A stretch of 64,000 nt of DNA. Origin: Octopus vulgaris (taxonomy: Eukaryota). The stretch spans positions 81,964,001-82,028,000 of the forward strand of contig OX597824.1 of assembly GCA_951406725.2 (NCBI GenBank). The letters are read 5' to 3'. A program made the position numbers and the translations under genes. Shown here in pieces: positions 47,083-62,305 of the stretch. Positions within the stretch are counted from its first letter, which is position 1, and every line of letters begins with the position of its first letter. The notes under the pieces were generated by a model. The model worked only from the letters and a program-made list of their open reading frames with translations. It did not search any database and was not told the DNA's origin.

Positions 47083-47276
47083 TTTATAGAAGGAGCTTCT
47101 ACAGGACTAGAACTGTTTCATTCAAATGAAATCATCAGGAAGCTTCCTGATGATTTAATTTGAATGAAACAGTTCTAATCCTGTAGAAGCTCCTTCTATA
47201 AAATAAATTACTTTACTCTGCTATGTATTGAGTACCTTATTTACTGTGGTTAACCCCGACTCAACCCGGGACCTAC
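47077..47276 (+). mobile_element. Minimal PLE-derived insertion: palindromic double hammerhead plus 68-nt tail, in (TA)n
   Basis: 132-bp near-perfect palindrome 47077-47208 centred on GGAAGCTTCC; HHRs at 47094-47144 (-) and 47141-47191 (+); tail matches the reverse complement of 25017-25085. Confidence 0.88.
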
Positions 47277-48845
47277 ATATATATATATATATACATATAT
47301 GTACATACCTACATATATATGTATATATACATGCATATATGGGTAAAGGACATAAAAAAAAGTATAGATAGAATGAGAAACACGAACATAAAAAGGTATA
47401 TATGTATGTATATGTGCATATATTTATATATTATTTATCTTATTATATGATCGAACATATATTATTATATTATTATATGATCGCTATATATACATATTCT
47501 TCTGTATTCATTCTATATCTCCTTAAAATTTCTCCCAGGTGTCACCCGTTACAATGCGTCTTGGCTTAACGGCCCTTAATTGTCGTTTTCGTTGATTGTT
47601 TACTCTGTATGAACATTCTGTTGCTGTTTGATCGTTCGAAGCTCTAACTCTCCACAAGTTTTATATTGTAAAAAATTCTGGATGCTGCTGTTTTATGAAG
47701 TTTTTCTATCTTGTCGTTGAAAGCTCGGAATAGGGAGTAATTATGTCGACAACCGACGAGAGGTAAACGCTTCTGACATGGATGTTATACTATGTTCGTA
47801 ATCCGTTTTAGCACCACCGTCAGGTCATTGGGTTTCTCTAGCGAAATTCACTTTGTTGCTGGGATGTCGCCTAGACAATAATTTCTTTTCTCATCAGCCC
47901 AAAGCCCTGGGAAATAAGCCCTCAATAGAGTTAGCCTTCTTCCCCTCACAAAACGGTAAAAAAGTACAGCAATTAAGGGTTCCTAATGAGAGATCAGTTT
48001 AATCAAAGCCACTATTCATATAATCGTCGTAGACAGCGGCAGCTGTTGTCTTTTCGGGCAGCCGATTTGGCGGTAATTTTTTTCTCTTCATTTTATCATC
48101 CTCAAAGAAAACACTGAGAAATAATCGCTCAAGAATGTAAACATTCTCTCCCTCATTAAAAATAACCAAAATAAATGATTCCTCACACAGATCGATTTAA
48201 TCAAATAGAGTTTATTTTCTGTTGTGCCTTATCATTTAACACAATCACCGGTAAATTTCCACTTATTCCTTACTTTTATTTTCCTAAAATTTTTGTTGCG
48301 TCTTGCAACCTTTTCAATATTCTTCACTCTGTTCGTTATTTACACTGCGTTCCTTTTTGTTTGTTTGTGCGCATGTGTGTGGGTCAGTTGTGTGCGTGCC
48401 TATGCATGCATGCATGTATGTATGTATGCAAGTGTGTGTATGTATATGTATATATGTATGTATGCATATATATATATATATGTATGTATATGTGTGCATC
48501 TGTATGTATTCTGCATATTCATGAGTTTGCATGTCCGTGTTTGTGTATTTTTTATGTATGTGTGTGTGAGCGTGTGTTTGTATATGTATGCACCTCTGTC
48601 TCCTTGTGTGTGCATGTCTGTGAGTGTGTGTGTGTGTGTTTCAGCCTCCATTTATTTTATTGTTCTATGAAACTTCTAATATCGAAGTTTACGTCGGGTC
48701 TGCCAGTTTGAACTGTAAAAGTATGTAGGTATATAGAAAGCACTTAATCAAACATTCCCATTGCGTTTTTGTAGCATTGTTCATTTAAGATCTTACCGTT
48801 TTGTTTCCTCTTTCAAGTAATTATTGACTCCTGCAATAGGCATAT

Positions 48846-49010
48846 GGTAGCGAGCTGACAAAATCGTTGGCGCGCCGGGCGAAATGCTTAGCGATATTTC
48901 GTCCGTCTTTACGGTCTGAGTTCAAATTCCGCAAAGATCAATTTTGTCTTTCATCCTTTCGAGGTCGATAAAATACGTACTAGTTAAGCACCGGGGTCAA
49001 TGAAATCAAC
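48846..49010 (+). mobile_element. SINE family B, degenerate
   Basis: GCGAGCTGACAAAATCGTTGGCGCGCCGGGCGAAATGC...TTTCATCCTTTCGAGGTCGATAAA. Confidence 0.75.
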
Positions 49011-49084
49011 TTAACTACTTCTGGGTAGGAATATTAAAAAAATACATGCCTCAGCCAAGCCATATGAAGCCAGTGTGGCAGAGA

Positions 49085-49362
49085 GTGGAGGCACATGGTC
49101 TATTGGTTAGAGCAGCGGACTCGCGATATTGAATCTCATACTGGGCGATGTGTGTGTTTATGAGCGAAACACCTACGCTCCACGCGGCTCCGGCATAAGG
49201 TAATGGCGAACTTCTGCTGACTCTTTCGCCACAGCTTTCCTCCTGCGTCTTGCAGCTCACCTGCGACGGACCGGCGTCCCGTCCAGGTGGGGAACCTATA
49301 CGCCAAGGAAACCGGGAAACCGGCCCTATGAGCCAGGCATGGCTTGAGAAGGAACAAACAAC
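49085..49362 (+). mobile_element. tRNA-derived SINE (OR-like) sharing the family C tail
   Basis: GTGGAGGCACATGGTCTATTGGTTAGAGCAGCGGACTCG head; GAAACCGGGAAACCGGCCCTATGAGCC tail. Confidence 0.75.
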
Positions 49363-49387
49363 AGTGTGGCAGAGTGGGCTCATTATA

Positions 49388-49872
49388 CCTATTTCTTTAT
49401 TACCCACAAGGGGCTAAACACAGAGAGGACAAACAAGGACAGACAAACGGATTAAGTCGATTATATCGACCCCATTGCATAACTGGTACTTACTTAATCG
49501 ATCCCCGAAAGGATGAAAGGCAAAGTCGACCTCGGCAGAATTTGAACTCAGAACGTAACGGCAGACGAAATAGCTATTTCTTTATTACCCACAAGGGGCT
49601 AAACATAGAGGGGACAAACAAGGACAGACATAGGTATTAAGTCGATTTCATCGACCCCAGTGTGTAACTGGTACTTAATTTATCGACCCCGAAAGGACGA
49701 AAGGCAAAGCGAACATCGGTAGAATTTGAACTCAGAACGTAACGACAGACGAAATACCACTAAGCATTTCGTCCGGCGTGCTAACGTTTCTGCCAGCTCG
49801 CCGCCTTTCGGGAGACGAAATACCGCTAAGCATTTGGCCCGACGTACTAACGATTCTGCCATCTCGCCGCCT
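49388..49872 (-). mobile_element. Tandem SINE B copies (two bodies plus an extra head)
   Basis: CTATTTCTTTATTACCCACAAGGGGC at 49389 and 49574; heads end at 49805 and 49872. Confidence 0.85.
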
Positions 49873-50680
49873 TTGGGCTCATCGTACTATTATGATCTCA
49901 AGCTCAAATTCATGGCTTCCTCATCGGGTGATGGTTTGTGGAGAGAACGTGCTAAGGACCCCATACTACATAGGCAATAGGTACTCCAATCCAATCCAAT
50001 ATAGGTACAGAGCCTTGTATTTTTAAGTACTAGAAAAATACAGGGTTTAATGAACAAAAAAAAAAAAAAATAATCAGTTCCTCAATGGTATTTATTTTGT
50101 CGAAGAAAGGATACATGAAAGGCAACATAGATATCGGCAAGGTTTCAACCGAGAATGCAAAAGCACTTAACACAGAATCTGAAGAGACAAAACAAAAGAC
50201 GGATGGCATTTTTTCTCTGGCGTTCCACTAATTTTCTCATCCTCTTATCCACTGACCTTCAAACTAAATAACGCAAACAAATGATCAACGCATGTAATTA
50301 CCTAACCTGGCTGTTGTTGTTGTTGTTGTTGTCGTAGTTGTTGTAGTTACTGTTGATGATGCAGTTGTTCTTGGAGCAGTATTTTCTTGCTGTTGTTGTA
50401 GTTGTTTTTTCTTGTTTATGCTATCTGCGGTTGCCAAAAATTATATTAATCCTTTGTACCAGAACAATATTTTGTCTAGTCTGAGTATTTTCTGCTGTCT
50501 TTGATGGCTTCCTAATTACACACGAGACAGATTATATTATAGTGCCGGTAGGGTTCTTAGTAAACACTCACATATACACACACATGTCTACAAACACACT
50601 TACATATACATATGTCCTAATCACAATGTATTTCTATGTGTGAGTGGGGGTGGGTGCTTGTGTGTGTGTGTGTATGTGTG

Positions 50681-50842
50681 TGAGGTAAGAAACCCATGTC
50701 CCTATAACATGGTTCCGGGTTCTGTCTCACTGCGTGGCACCTTGAGCAAGTGTCTTCTACTATAGCCTCGGGCCGACCAGAGCCCTGTGAGTGGATTTGG
50801 AAGACGGAAACTAAAAGAGGCCTATCGTATATATGTATATAT

Positions 50843-50900
<58 letters not shown>

Positions 50901-50962
50901 GTTGGTGGTGTCTACCTTCTCACAACTTAGCGGCTCGACAGATGACACCAATGGATATATAA

Positions 50963-51004
<42 letters not shown>

Positions 51005-51051
51005 ATATTTATACATAGACATATACATATATATATATATTGCATATACGC

Positions 51052-51093
<42 letters not shown>

Positions 51094-51600
51094 AACAAAA
51101 TCATAATTAACAATATATATATATTTATATATATTACAAAGGGAATTTTCAGCAGCCCGTGTATATTATTAAAAATAATATATATATATTAAAGATCTCC
51201 TGTATTTTTTTTAAAAATATATCCTGTTTCTTGTTTCAGTCATTTCCTGCACCCATGCTGGATGAAGCACTGTTTTAAAGGGTGTTAGTCGAAGGAATCG
51301 ACCCCAGGACATATTCTTTGTAAGCCTAGTACTGATTCTACGAAGACGTAAGCACACTAACATCGGTCGCCAAGCGATTGTACAGAGTAAAACACAGGCA
51401 CAAAGACACACACGCACATAAATGTATACATATACATACGACGGGCTTCTTTCAGCTTCCGTCAACCAAATCCGCTCAAAATGTTTTGGTCAGCCCGAGC
51501 CTATAGAAGACACTTGCTTAAGGCGTCACGCAGCTGGACTCAATCCGGAACCGTGTGGTCGGGAAGCAAGCTACTCACCACACAGCCATGACTGCGCCTA
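50681..51600. mobile_element. Convergent SINE A pair (+ 50681-50950; - 51225-51600)
   Basis: Family A motifs in opposite orientation. Confidence 0.75.
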
Positions 51601-52134
51601 CATTTATATAAATTTTGGATGAAAGTGGTAATATTGATATTCTTCAAACCTAATAATGCTTTCATGTCAGTTTTTCTGCATCAGAGTTGATTTTATCGAA
51701 CTGTACAACACACACCAAATCAACTGTGACACAGCAGACAGCATAAAAGCGTTGCACGAACTGAGATTTGATTATATGATCGCTTTCAGCTAACATCGAT
51801 TTTTGTTTTGTATTGTCGTGACTTTGTTATATATGTATATATATAACAAAATGGCTCAATTGAGAGGAAAGAATTATTTATGGGTAATATTGATAATGCT
51901 TTAACCTAAACATGCAAATTCAAAGCGAGAGAATATCATTGAAACGAGGAGATATTGTCTGTGTATGCCATCGTTCGAATTATTTTTCAAAAATTATGTA
52001 ATGTTTATGTAAAAACTGGATTTCTTGCTAACAGTGAATTTTCAAACTTTTTACATATTCAGTTTCAAAGCTTGGAATCAGAAAGGGATCGCTACTAACA
52101 CACGCACACACACACACACACATGCACCTATATA

Positions 52135-52203
<69 letters not shown>

Positions 52204-52235
52204 TATTACATGTTTCAGTCATTTGACTGCGGCCA

Positions 52236-52275
52236 TGATGTATTTTTCCTGCTATCTTTCTTTATAATATACATA

Positions 52276-52312
<37 letters not shown>

Positions 52313-52536
52313 CATATATATATATATGTATGTATGTATATATAAACATTACGTTATATAATTAGGTTCAGTAAAATAATTTACTTTAAAACACACTTGA
52401 ACTTTTAGAAATAGCAGCCAAAAAATCTTAGCTATTTCTTCTACTATAAGATTTTATGGCTGCTATTTCTAAAAGTTCAGTGTGTGGTAAAGTAAATTAT
52501 TTTACTGAACCCTAATTATATAACGTAATGTTTATA

Positions 52537-52602
<66 letters not shown>

Positions 52603-52642
52603 TATGTATATTATAAAGAAAGGAGCAGGAAAAAGTACATCA
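52236..52642. repeat. ~400-bp imperfect palindrome related to the PLE 3' region
   Basis: Arms 52236-52430 and 52447-52642; core TGGCTGCTATTTCTA...GTGTGG(T/C)AAAGTAA...CCCTAATTATATAA also occurs at 27803-27877 and inverted at 29482-29552. Confidence 0.88.
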
Positions 52643-52932
52643 AAAAATCACCACAGAAGATATACGTCCAAAATAAGATTGTATGAATAGATAGACGTAT
52701 AAATATATAAAGTATGATTATTTAAGAAGTTTAAAATATCATACGATCGTTTCATGAATGTATGATCCTTCGAAATGGAATCTAAAATTGAAAATCCTTA
52801 TGAGGCAATGTATCCACTTAAAAATTAATTATACTTTATATATTTATATGTTTATGTATGTATATACACACACACACACACGCATATATATATACATATA
52901 TATTCCTGCACATGCATCTCTCTCTCTCTCTC

Positions 52933-52975
<43 letters not shown>

Positions 52976-53170
52976 GGAGATAGAGAGAGACGGATAGGTA
53001 GATAGATAGAAAGATAGATAGATAGATATGCATGAGTGTATATGTAATCATACGCACATGAATAAAATAATATACAGCTTAAGGGCTTAAGGAAATTTGC
53101 ATGACGATGCAAGTTTGATGAAAGGTCAATAAATGTATGCGTGTGTGTGTATTATATGTGTGTATGTATT

Positions 53171-53244
<74 letters not shown>

Positions 53245-53573
53245 CATATACATACACACACAAAACTATGCTAATAGCTTGGAGTGAAATTTAGGATTTC
53301 TAGGTTTTTTCTGCGAATCGATTTTGATTAAATCTCTTCACAGCTTTTCTGCACACTGTGGCAACTCCATTGTTATGTTTTCATTATTCTGTTTAACGTC
53401 CTTTCTTTTTTATTGCAGATTCTTCAACTTTAGCGTGAACCACGCTAATAGCTTTTGAATGAAAATAGCCCATTTTTCAGAAAATGAAGGATAATGATTC
53501 ATATTAAACATGCATTGAGTATATATTTAACAGAAAACCATAATAATATTATAATATTTATTGCCGTAATGAA

Positions 53574-54030
53574 TTATTTAGCTACATGAGCGCCATTTCG
53601 ACGGATAGCTTTAAAAACCCTATTAGTCATGGAATCTGTCAATTTCTTAATAGTTGCAGATTGGAATGCCCCCGCTGCAGCTTTGATGGTCGCTGTGAAG
53701 ACATCTTTGGACGTAAATTGGCGTCCATCGGCATAAGCATTTTGTTTAATGATAGACTAAAGATTTTCGATAGGGTTGAGATCCGGTGATGCTAGCGGTC
53801 ACAACATCAACCTTTCACTTTGCATACCGTAAGACTCTAAAAATATTTGAGTGGTCCTAGCAGAGTGGGAGGGAGCAGAGTGAGAATCATGCATGAATAC
53901 GAATTACCTTAGAAGTGACAGCAGTATGTCATCTAGCCAGGGAGCCAAGAGCTCCTTCAGGAAATTGCGGTAAGCGGCTGTGGTCATTTTAACCTCTTAG
54001 GCACCCTTATTGGCCCAACAATATTCCTAG
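53574..54030 (-). mobile_element. Tc1-family transposase relic (DDE domain)
   Basis: Minus-strand pieces IVGPIRVP, VKMTTAAYRNFLKELLAPWLDD, FVFMHD, ERLML*PLASPDLNPIENL*SIIKQ and KKLTDSMTNRVFKAIRRNG, with stops and frameshifts. Confidence 0.82.
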
Positions 54031-54394
54031 CTGTCACAGTCTTGAAGGTCCCTCAATCAGAACGTTTCTTCCTTGGTTCTTATGTGGCTAAATAACTCAC
54101 TATGTCAACAAACGATCATGGTTTTCTGTTAAATATATACTCATTGTATGCTTAAGATATATATATATATATATATCATGACCTTTCATTTTCTGAAGAA
54201 AATAGTCGTTTATACTATGGAAAAGGTTGAAAAACGCAATGAAAATTTTAGAAAAAATAAATATTTAAATGACTGGAAAACGAACTGGTAAGTTTGTTAT
54301 TAAATAATAAGCCACTAAAAGAGAATGACTCTCCCCAGACGCAATAAAACAGGCTTCAACACACATGAAGAATCTTGCAAACCAAATACAAGAG

Positions 54395-54495
<101 letters not shown>

Positions 54496-54496
54496 C

Positions 54497-54559
<63 letters not shown>

Positions 54560-54778
54560 AATGTATCTATATCTATGTATCTCGTTATTTCCCGCCGTCT
54601 CTCTGTATATATATTACACAATTATTACATACGTACATTCATACATGCATGCCTATACATACACATACATACATATGTATATACATATACAAACATATGC
54701 AAATACATCAGTAAAGTATAATTTTGTGAATATCTATTACGCTTCTTGTCACAAGCTCTTTTGCTCTCGCTCTCTCTT

Positions 54779-54819
<41 letters not shown>

Positions 54820-55281
54820 CTCTCTCTCTCTCTCTCTCTCTTTACCCGTTCTCATCTATCAAGTACCGATATACGTATTTTGAGCATGCATACATTCACA
54901 CGCATTTTTATATATGTTATATACATGTGTGTGTGTATGGACGTGCGTGTGTGTGTGTACGTGTGTATACCTGTTTGTGTGTATGGGCGTGCGTGTGTGT
55001 GTGTCTGTATACCTGTGTGTGTTTGTGTTTGTATCTGTATGCCTGTCTGTGTTTATGTGTGTGTGTAGGTTATATATTATGTTCACACACACACACTCAC
55101 AGATATATACGTATGTCTGTGTGTGTACATACATACATACATACATACATACATACGTACATACATACATACATACATACACACATACACACATACATAT
55201 ATACATACATACATACATACATACATTCATACATACATACATACATACATACATACATACATACATACATACATACATACA

Positions 55282-55314
<33 letters not shown>

Positions 55315-55773
55315 TTTCTAGCTCATAGATCAGAAGTATAAATTCTTGTTGTTCTCTCTACATGCCAAAAGGAATATTTTTGTTTAGTATTGCAAACAAG
55401 CTATGAAACAGCACAATAACTCTGAAATTCTAGATGAGATGAATTTGTATTGTCTCTGGAACTATGGAATACAAATGCCTCTTATTTATTTGAAGTTCCG
55501 AGTTCAAATCCCTATACATCGGCAAGAATTTCTTCTGACAATCTAAATACCCATCAAAACGCATTCTACAGTGTAGAATAGAACCCTTTTGGGGGAAAGA
55601 AAATATCCCGCTGTACTGCCAGGGCAAAAACTAGGACTTACAACTTCGTTTTGGCTTTCTGAAGAAGCGGAAGTTCTTGTATGTTTTCTCAATTCGTATT
55701 AGCTTTGGAACATTGATTACTCACCATATAAGGCAATAACTATGCCTGTATATTGCATGTGGTGGAAGGGCTC

Positions 55774-55896
<123 letters not shown>

Positions 55897-57764
55897 TCGC
55901 AGAGACATAGTGTATTATCTTACGAATATCTACCACGCATTTTTCCATATCGTCCTCTGTATCTCTCTTTTTTCTCGATTTTCCTCACCAACTTCCCCTC
56001 TTTCGTTGTAAGTATACTCACACATACTTTATATATGCACATACATGCATTTTGTCTTTCCACCCGTGATCTCTTAGATGATTATTCAATCGCGTTACAG
56101 ATCTGCATGGTTTGATGTATAAGTAACAAACGGAAGCTACAGCTTTCTGTGCGCTTCCGTCTTGTTATGTCAGGTCACCGCTCTTCCATTGCCATTTCAG
56201 AAGATTGGATGACAAATGAGGCCACCATAAAGAGACATCCGTACATCACTGGATTATAGTGATAAACCGTTAAACAACACTCATATATAAATACATTCAT
56301 ACATATACGTAGACATGCATGCTGATTGCTCCATCTTCACAGACGAAGGCCGTCTCCTTGCGCGTCCTCGTTATAGGTGACGTTTCTGAGTTTCCTTCTA
56401 TGACCTCTTAGATGATCATTGAAATCACATTGCAAGTCAGCATGGTTTGAAGTACAGGTGACAGACGAAACTTGTGATTTGCAGTGCGCTTTCGACTGGT
56501 TATCTCTGTACTCGCAAGCTCTTCTGTTGACGGAGGACATTCCGCAGATAAGATACCAAATTAGGTCACCAAAGAAAGAGACATATGTACGTCGTTGGGT
56601 TGCAGGGGATAAACGCTTGGATAACACTATAACACGCATACATGCGTACATTAATACATGCATACATTCATACATACATACATACATACATACATGCATG
56701 CATAAATACATACATACGTACGTGCATGCGCGCATGAATACATACATACATGCATGTATGCATGCATGCATACATACATTCATGCAGTCATACATACATA
56801 CAAGCATGTATGCGTGCATACATACATACATACATACATACATACATACATACATACATGTATACATACATGTTGGAGCACTATTTTTGTTTGAAAACCG
56901 AAGGGAAATATAATACATACATATATACACACATACATACGTGCATGCATACATGCATACATGCATACATATTTACATGCATGTATGCATACATACAAGC
57001 ATATATACATACACACATACATACATACAAGCATATATACTTGCATGCATACATACATACATACATACATACATACAAACATACATACATACATATATAC
57101 ATACATCCATACATACATACATACATACATACATACATACATACATACATACATACATAGATACATACATACATACGTATATGCATTAGACTATGTACCT
57201 TCAAATTTACACAAAAACCTAGAAATACTAGATTTTACAGAGAAAGAAGAAAAGAAACTGACGTGAATAATAGCAAAGATCTGAAACATAAATTAAATAT
57301 TGATTACAATCGTTTCAATACTATACAGTTTATATAAATGATTGTGCCACAGATTACACAGGAACTGTATAAATTTATCCATGACTGAAGAGCACGATAT
57401 GGTTTCCCGTCAGACGCATTTTGTTACATGTCTAATAAGGTCGCACTCTCCGCTATTAACCCTGTTATTTATCACACATTGTCATTTGAATCTTGCATTC
57501 TCCGAAAGAAGAATGATGCTGAAACAATTGTAATCAATTTATGTTACATAGATATCTGCATCTCTTTCTTTATATGTTTCATTACAAAATATTTACAAAC
57601 TAGTTCTGCCGGTGATAGGATCCACCAGCGGGGTTATCCTGTTTCCCCTTGTATAAGTCGTTAATTTTATACTTGCTTTTTAACTCAAGAACAAAAAAAT
57701 AAGCAAACACATCTAGGGCGCGATTACACCTAAAAAAAAAACAAGTTTCCTTTTGGAATCATAC

Positions 57765-57992
57765 CTATTTCTTTATTACCCACAAGGGGCTAAACACAGA
57801 GAGGACAAACAAGGACAGACATAGGTATTAAGTCGATTACATCGACCCCAGTGTGTAACTGGTACTTAATTTATCGACCCCGAAAGGATGAAAGGCAAAG
57901 TCGACCTCGACGGAATTTGAACTCAGAACGTAACGGCAGACGAAATACCGCTAAGCATTTCGGCCGGCGTGCTAACGTTTCTGCCAGCTCAC
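57765..57992 (-). mobile_element. SINE family B, full length
   Basis: Matches 40800-41032. Confidence 0.88.
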
Positions 57993-57995
57993 CAA

Positions 57996-58211
57996 GGGCC
58001 AATTTCCCGGTTTCATGGCGTATAAATACACCATCTGGACAGGTCACTGGTCTGTCGCAGGGTCACTCATTCTTGCCACCTGACTAGACCGGAGCAACTT
58101 GAAATGGAGTGTTTTGCTCAAGAACACAATGCTTCACTCGGTCCAGGACTCGAAATCATAAGCTTACGATCATGAGTCCAACACTCTAACCACTAAGCTA
58201 CGGGCCTCCAC
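57996..58211 (-). mobile_element. SINE family C
   Basis: TTTCCCGGTTTC tail, TTGCTCAAGAACACAA core, CTCTAACCACTAAGC head. Confidence 0.75.
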
Positions 58212-58527
58212 TCAATTATATATACAGAGCAAAGCTAAAAAAATTGAGAAAGAAAAAAGAAAACAATTTGCAAGGAGATTTAACCCAAATTAGGGTGCAG
58301 CACACACTAGAGTGCGCGTTATAGAGTGCGAGACAATGTAGTAAATAGCATTCATGAATTGTGGTGAACCAGCTGTTTGTATTGAGTGCTACGTCAGGAA
58401 ACCACCGTGATTTTACTCAAATTTACATTTATAAATATGAATATCTATATGAATGCATGTGTGCGTGTGTTTGCGTGCATGTGTTTATGAGCTTTTGTGC
58501 ATGTATGCGTATGCATATGTATATATG

Positions 58528-58619
<92 letters not shown>

Positions 58620-58725
58620 CATATATATATATGCAAAATTATATACACATTTTTGTATGTATATATAAGTATATGTAGTTACATATATATATAAATATAT
58701 CTACGCACACTTCATTTCCTTTGTT

Positions 58726-58756
<31 letters not shown>

Positions 58757-58785
58757 TTATTTCTCTCCCTCTTTCTTTCTTTCTC

Positions 58786-58826
<41 letters not shown>

Positions 58827-59486
58827 GTCTCTCTCTCTCTCTGTCTGTCTCTGTCTCTCTCTCTCTCTCTCTGTCTCTGTCTCTCTCTCTCTCTCTTCAT
58901 TTGCCCACACGTCCCCTGACATATACGCTCTCTACCACTTTCGAAGCGGAATGCCAAGCTCAAGCCATAACTCACAACGTCTGACTAAAACTACGTGTAA
59001 AAACATCGTTAATTCCTCGGGACGCAGGAAGTTATTTCCAAGATAACTGCCTAACCTAACACCGCACCGTACACCGGTGAATAATTAATGCAGTCCTGCG
59101 ACAAAATTACTTCCGATATAACCGGCGTATTGATATTATTGGTGGTCGGTCGGTCTGTACAACGCTGTCACAGACCACTTCGGTCGACATCAAGTTAACA
59201 CCGCGGGGCGAAGTACTGTGTCAATTTCTCTTTGACTGACTCCTTACAAGCACATTCTATGATATGTTCTTCAATTATTCACGTTTCTTCTGCTAATGTT
59301 ATGGCCGCTAAGAAAACCGTTGGCGTAAAAATCTTGACAGGAAGCACAATAGATTCATATTCTTAACTAAATTGCCACATAATTACATCTCAACATCAGC
59401 ATCCCTCGTTCGCTTTGTTTTTCGAGACAATATGCAAAGGGTGTTCGATTGTATGTATTACGGATATATGTATGTGTTTATGCATG

Positions 59487-59520
<34 letters not shown>

Positions 59521-59550
59521 CATATACATATATATATATATATATATATG

Positions 59551-59607
<57 letters not shown>

Positions 59608-59676
59608 GTGCATATACATATATACATATGTATATATATATATACATACATATACATATATATGTATATATATATG

Positions 59677-59733
<57 letters not shown>

Positions 59734-60099
59734 GTATGTATATATATGCATTCAGACAGACACACACACACATACTGATGTGTGTGTGTGTGTGTGTGAG
59801 TGGTTTCGTGAGTGGATTTCATATATGTGCGCATGTGTGACGGCGCATGCGTGGATGGGTGTCTGGACATGCTGTAATCTTTCTATAACGGATGTTAATT
59901 TGTAAGCTGAATAATTGTATAGGATGATGTGTTTGTATGACATGATTCGCTGTGTGTACATTAATACGTACGACTATAAATACGTAAACAAATATGAACA
60001 CACACGCAGACACACACACACACACACAAACAAACAAACACGCATACACTCACAAACATTCACACACACACACGTATATATATATATATATGTATATAA

Positions 60100-60130
<31 letters not shown>

Positions 60131-60231
60131 AATGTATATATACATGTACATATACACGCACACATTTATATATATACATTTATATATATATATATATTTT
60201 TGTGTTTGTATGTCCCTCTGTTTCTCTCGCC

Positions 60232-60334
<103 letters not shown>

Positions 60335-60567
60335 GGGAGTATAAATCCAAACTTACAGGGGAAAATTCAATTTTGTATTAAATCAAATTTCACAATATAA
60401 ATATATATATATAAATTAGAGATTTCTCAACTAATTATTTAGTGTTCACTTACTATTATGTACTTTATTGTGATCTAGATTAATGTTTTATTATATGTCT
60501 TATTTTTTCTATATAGTGGGATTTACGTCTATCATTGTTTGAATTACATAATAGTGCTTTTTCTCTA

Positions 60568-60602
<35 letters not shown>

Positions 60603-60777
60603 CATAAATGTGTGTATGTGTCAGTCATAAGATAAGTGCTTTCTCGTGGCTGTGGGTTGATTTGGCTCTTATTTATAGCAGTACTGGTACTAACTAGTAA
60701 CCTTAGTTACTTTAGTGACGTCTGTAGTTCTGCCTTTCGGTTGTAAATGGCGAATAAGCCAATTTTGTTATTATTTA

Positions 60778-60825
<48 letters not shown>

Positions 60826-61104
60826 ATAAATAATATATAAATATATGCATATATACATACATATATGTACATACCTATATATATATGTATATATACATGC
60901 ATATATGGGTACAGGACATCAAAAGACGTTGAACAAAATGAGAAACGAAAACATAAAAACAAATAGTGGGGTCTGTTAAGCCAAGACGATGGAAAATATA
61001 TTCTGAACGCTTAGGAAGTACATACATGTATGTATATATGCATATATTTATATATTATTTATATTATCATATGATCGAACGCCACGCATCGTTTTCCAAG
61101 TAAG

Positions 61105-61198
<94 letters not shown>

Positions 61199-62235
61199 GA
61201 AAGGAGAGAGGGATACAATTGTACACACACTCACATATATATGTGTGTGTGTGTTTTTGCTATACATATATATTTACACATATATATGTATATATGTGTA
61301 AGTATGTATTTGTGTGTGTGTGTGTGTGTGTGTTCGAATGTTTGTGTTTGTATGTGTGTGCATAAGTACGTAAGTGTATGTAATTATGTAAGTACGTATG
61401 TACTTACATACATACACATGTATGTAAGTATTCAAGAATACACGTATGTGGAATTAAAAAATCTCATGGCAATATACCGAACAGAATGTAAATAATAACC
61501 AAATAATAAAAAAAATATAAAGAACAGTAGTAATGAATGTGTCGTCTCTTAGTTTGGTTATATACAAGTAGGTATAAGAATTGTAATTCTCCTGAGGAAA
61601 TCGAATGAAGTACTTCTTAACCTTTCACGTCTTTGCTTGTCTCTGTCTAATACTCGAGTGTCAAACTTTGGGTCTCTGCTGAGACATAGAAATCTAATCT
61701 AAAGTGATAAGAATAGAGATAAAATGATTTAATTCGTCCTTAATTTCATTTCTCTGGGAAAATTCAAGAACCGTTTTATACTCCAGCCAACCATTCCTTT
61801 CTAGTTCCATCTGTTTCTGGAAACGTCGCGGGGATAGGGGTTTTCGTGGATGTCGTCCATAGGGCCCTATCAAAAGTAACCGCCATTAGACATGCCCGCT
61901 GGATTCTCAAGAATGGCCAATAGAGACTATGGATGTTATCTAACCATCACGTTCTTGATCTACCTCTTGGCTGGTTTAGCTTGGAGAATCCGCAACGAGA
62001 TTCCTTCCAGCGACATTCTAATCTTCTAATCGCATATCTGTAGAAGCGGAGCTGTGACCTCTCAGTGTGAAGAGATATGGGATCGCCATGGAGAGATAAA
62101 GGTTCGCCTCTGATCTCCAAGCTACGCACTCCGTCGAGTCACGTTACTCCAGAGATCCTTGAGAAGGACTAAATGTCGCCAACTTCCATTCGCTGTTGTA
62201 CTCTTTCGGCCATAACCCTACGTTCATGACCATAG

Positions 62236-62303
<68 letters not shown>

Positions 62304-62305
62304 TC

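Noticed and set aside
56343-56600. Possible small exon or 164-aa ORF start (MKSHCKSAWF...)
   Set aside because: Splice-like signals exist, but I recognise no homology and the ORF runs into CATA repeats.
61610-61640. CTGAGGA...GAAGTAC hammerhead-like string near 61590-61617
   Set aside because: No stem II or stem I pairing, and GAAA is incomplete.
61800-62220. GC-richer segment, possible LINE remnant
   Set aside because: No RT or endonuclease motif readable in any frame.
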